Part shown: positions 61,133 to 64,000 of the stretch, one piece after another | How positions within the stretch are numbered: position 1 is the first letter of the stretch | How the letters are laid out: each line of letters starts with the position of its first letter | Assembly (NCBI GenBank): GCA_038087875.1 | Contig: CM076001.1 | Span: 126,001-190,000, forward strand | Direction: 5' to 3' | DNA from: Malacoraja senta | Taxonomy: Eukaryota | DNA: 64,000 bases | The notes under the pieces: model-generated | The model's input: the letters and a program-made list of their open reading frames with translations, nothing else | Databases searched by the model: none | What the model was told of the DNA's origin: nothing | Program-made: the position numbers and the translations under genes

Positions 61133-62979
61133 AAGGGCTGTCTCACTGTGCGAGTTGACCCACGAGTGACCCCGAGTTTAAAACAAATTTAACTCGTGGT
61201 AATCACGTACAATTAACGTAGCGGGAACTTTGGAACTCGTGGACGCAACTTAGCGACTCTTGGCGCTAACGGGAGGTACACGTGAAACTTGTTAACTCTT
61301 GCAAAAGTTCAAACATGTTTGTACTTTTCCACGAGTGAAATGTACTCTTGTGGTTAAAATTTGAAACATTTTAAACTCGTTGTAAGAACCTAGTGGCCCG
61401 TGCGTTTAACTTTGTGACTCGTGAGTCTACCGTGGGAACTCTTTTTAGAAACAATAATCAGGGACAGAAATATCAGCTACTTAGACTTTTTAAAGACAAA
61501 TTCTGCTTAACAAAGTTAAGCAAGTTATTGATAAGGTGACAGAGTGGGTTGAAAAGAAAAAAATTGCTTGAAGTTTATATATAAATTTGTGTTGTGTTGT
61601 GTTGTGTTGAAAAGCTTTTTGCTGATCCGTTTGATTCTCACTGTTTGTTTACTTCATTGCACAATAAAAGAGAGTTATTTGCTATCAAGATCAAATTGAT
61701 GCCTGGAAGTCTTCATTTTAATATCACTACAAAGTCTCATGACTTGAATGTAATATTCCTTTCATCATAAAACACAAAATAGAGGAAGGCAAAATATATT
61801 CACATCTTGATTCTCACAATCATTTGTGAGATTTAAGGACAGCTGCCTCACATGCTGCTTTTTAAATGTTTAAAATTGTCACCTCTCAGTAGATCAGAAA
61901 ATAAGACAAAGTCTTATGTGAAACAAATGTCTTGAATGTGAAACAAAGTCTTTATTCTTGTTCAATATAAAAAATGCTTTTTTGCGCATATTGAGAAATA
62001 TGCGTAATTTCCTACAAACCCATATCACGGTGAAGCACCACAGCAAACAACACAGTGGTCTAAAAAAGGGCTTCTCATACATGAAAATCAACAAATGAAG
62101 CACAAATAAAAGTATTTCAACTATATACTAATTCAGCTGAGAAATGCACTAGTCTAAATTCAGGCAATAAAAGATACAATGCAATGCGCTAAATGACAAG
62201 TTTTGAGATCTACAATCAGATAAGCAGATGCATGATAACCACGTTTTAAAGGAAAGACAGATGCAATGAAATTACTTTTACACCACAATAAAAAATAAAA
62301 TCCACACTTAAAGTTAAACAATGAAAAGTCAGCAGGATTTAAACTAAACATGAAATTAACTGGATTTTTCTGCATGTGAGATCTCCTCATGCAGTGATGT
62401 ACCTGTGGTCGGCAGCCGCTCAAAATAAGCTGTCCTGCCACGGCACACTGCCCAATTCTGAATTATAGTAGGAGCAGAGATGGTCTCTCTGCTCTTTTGC
62501 ACTGTTGGTCCCCGTGTTACCTCGAAAACACTGCAGTGGCACCAAAGTCTCGTCGTTTGTACCACTCCTCCACGCACCTAGTGTTATTCTCCCTGTTTGA
62601 CTGTCCACTAAGTCACCGTCCTGCATGGCTGTTGCTGATCCTGAAGCTGCACCTCTGATACGGATCAGGTTGTGCAGAACACATGCAGCAAACACAATAG
62701 TCTCTACGTTCTTTGGCTGGCATGACATCATTTTTTGAACATGTGATAATTTTTCAACACTTCGATATACATTGTTGCCTCAAGATTAACGGGAGAGGAA
62801 CTTGGTACACTCGGGAGACGAACTTGGAACATCGCAGAAATGAGAAGTAAACGGGAAACTTAGACATACCCGTGGGAACTCGGTTAAACTCTGGATCATA
62901 AACTTGTAGTATCGTACGCAACCACGAGTCTTTCACTCGGGGTCACTCGTGGGTCAACTCGCACAGTGAGACAGACCTT
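61133..62979 (-). mobile_element. Harbinger deletion derivative carrying the transposase C-terminus
   Basis: TIRs AAGG.CTGTCTCACTGTGCGAGTTGACCCACGAGTGACCCC; TTA TSD at 61130-61132 and 62980-62982; ORF 62420-62731 IVFAACVLHN...RD.L..Y.N...G.VPWQ. Confidence 0.92.
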
Positions 62980-63458
62980 TTAGAAGTTCACGATGAAATA
63001 GGCCGGAGTCAACATGGTTTTGTGGGAACATCTTGCCTGACGAATCTGCTAGAGTTCTTTGAGGAAGTTAATAGCAGGACAGACAGAGGGGAGGCTGTAG
63101 ATGTTGTTTACCTAGATTTTCAGAAAGCCTTCGATAAGGTGCCGCACATCAGGCTGCTAGGGGAGATGTGAGCCCATGGTATTAAAAGGAAGATACTAGT
63201 ATGGATATCGGGTGGACTGGGGCAGAAGGCAAAGAGTTGCAATAAAAGTGGAGTTCCGCAAAGGTCGGTGCTGGGACCGCTTATCTTCACGTTGTATATT
63301 AATGAGTTGGATAAATAGATTGAAGGCTTTGTCACCAAGTTTGCAGATGATGCTAAGATAGGTGGAGGGGCAGGCAGTGCAGAGGAAGCAAGGACTCTGC
63401 AGAAGGACTTGGACAGGTTAGTGGAGTGGGCAGAGAAGTGGCAGATGAAATTCAGTAT

Positions 63459-64000
63459 TTTAGCGGATGCAGAAACGACGACTACATTTTCAGAACGTTT
63501 TTTTTTAACACCCGCTCCTTAGCAAATAGGTCTCTGCATACACGTCTGATCACAACGGTGGTCGGCAAAACAACTGTGGCGCGAAAGCGAAACCGTGCAA
63601 AAACAGCAGCCCCTCCCGAGTCACGTGACCGCGGCTTCTGAATGCCGGGTTCGATCCATGCTTGCGCCAGTAGGCACCACGACATGGCCCCCCCCCCCCC
63701 CAGAATCCGCGGTACGGAAACGCACGGGGCGAGCATAACATTCGGGGCTGGCAGAACAGAACCGGAGGGACACGACAAACGCGAACGAGGGACGGGCGTA
63801 ACAGAGGGGACCGGTGAAACATAACTGGGGGTAACAGGTGCAGAGGGTGGCAAAACAGCCGGCGGACGCCATCTACGCGGAGTGGCCACAGCCACCGGGA
63901 TATCCTCGTCGACGTAGGCTGGTTTAAGGCGGCTGACAGAGACAAACTCCTCCCTGCCACCCATGTCCAACGTGAACAGTGTCTAACACCTTGTATGGCC
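63459..64000 (-). mobile_element. 3' end of a second CsRn1-like Gypsy (3' LTR 63459-63684 and integrase tail)
   Basis: DMGGREEFVSVSRLKPA homologous to the 34680-36320 ORF; G-rich PPT at 63685-63702; LTR shares the core CAGCCCCTCCCGAGTCACGTGACCGCGGCTTCTGAA with 34516-34743. Confidence 0.9.

Larger units (their letters stand above)
56725..63458 (+). mobile_element. CR1 LINE ORF2 (decayed), split by L1, Harbinger and Gypsy insertions
   Basis: APE ORF 56931-57407; KSPGPDGLHPRVLK...NYRPV.LTS (60842-61192); DFQKAFDKVPH and FADD after 62983. Confidence 0.9.

Noticed and set aside
62420..62731. Domesticated HARBI1 gene
   Set aside because: Only a C-terminal fragment, enclosed by TIRs and a TTA TSD.

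Overview
Eukaryotic, almost entirely transposable-element DNA with no recognisable host gene. The repeat set (HE1-type tRNA-SINEs, abundant CR1 LINEs, Penelope remnants) points to a cartilaginous fish, probably a skate or ray; this is inference. Elements are deeply nested and many junctions can be read to the base. Contents: two DIRS1-like tyrosine-recombinase retrotransposons nested antiparallel inside a Penelope-like element, each hit by the same L1 family; a near-complete CsRn1-clade Gypsy (tRNA-Trp PBS, CHCC gag, -1 frameshift cassette); a deleted Gypsy carrying 27 nt of tRNA-Leu, sitting at the apex of a Harbinger MITE; several non-autonomous Helitrons that insert into their own 5' ends; Tc1, Harbinger, Tx1, Rex/Babar, L1 and many CR1 copies; and decayed hammerhead-ribozyme motifs. 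I found no convincing new host-encoded system. The most interesting signals are cis-acting RNA/DNA structures and mechanistic fossils in the elements. Family names come from motif recognition by eye, not from database searches.
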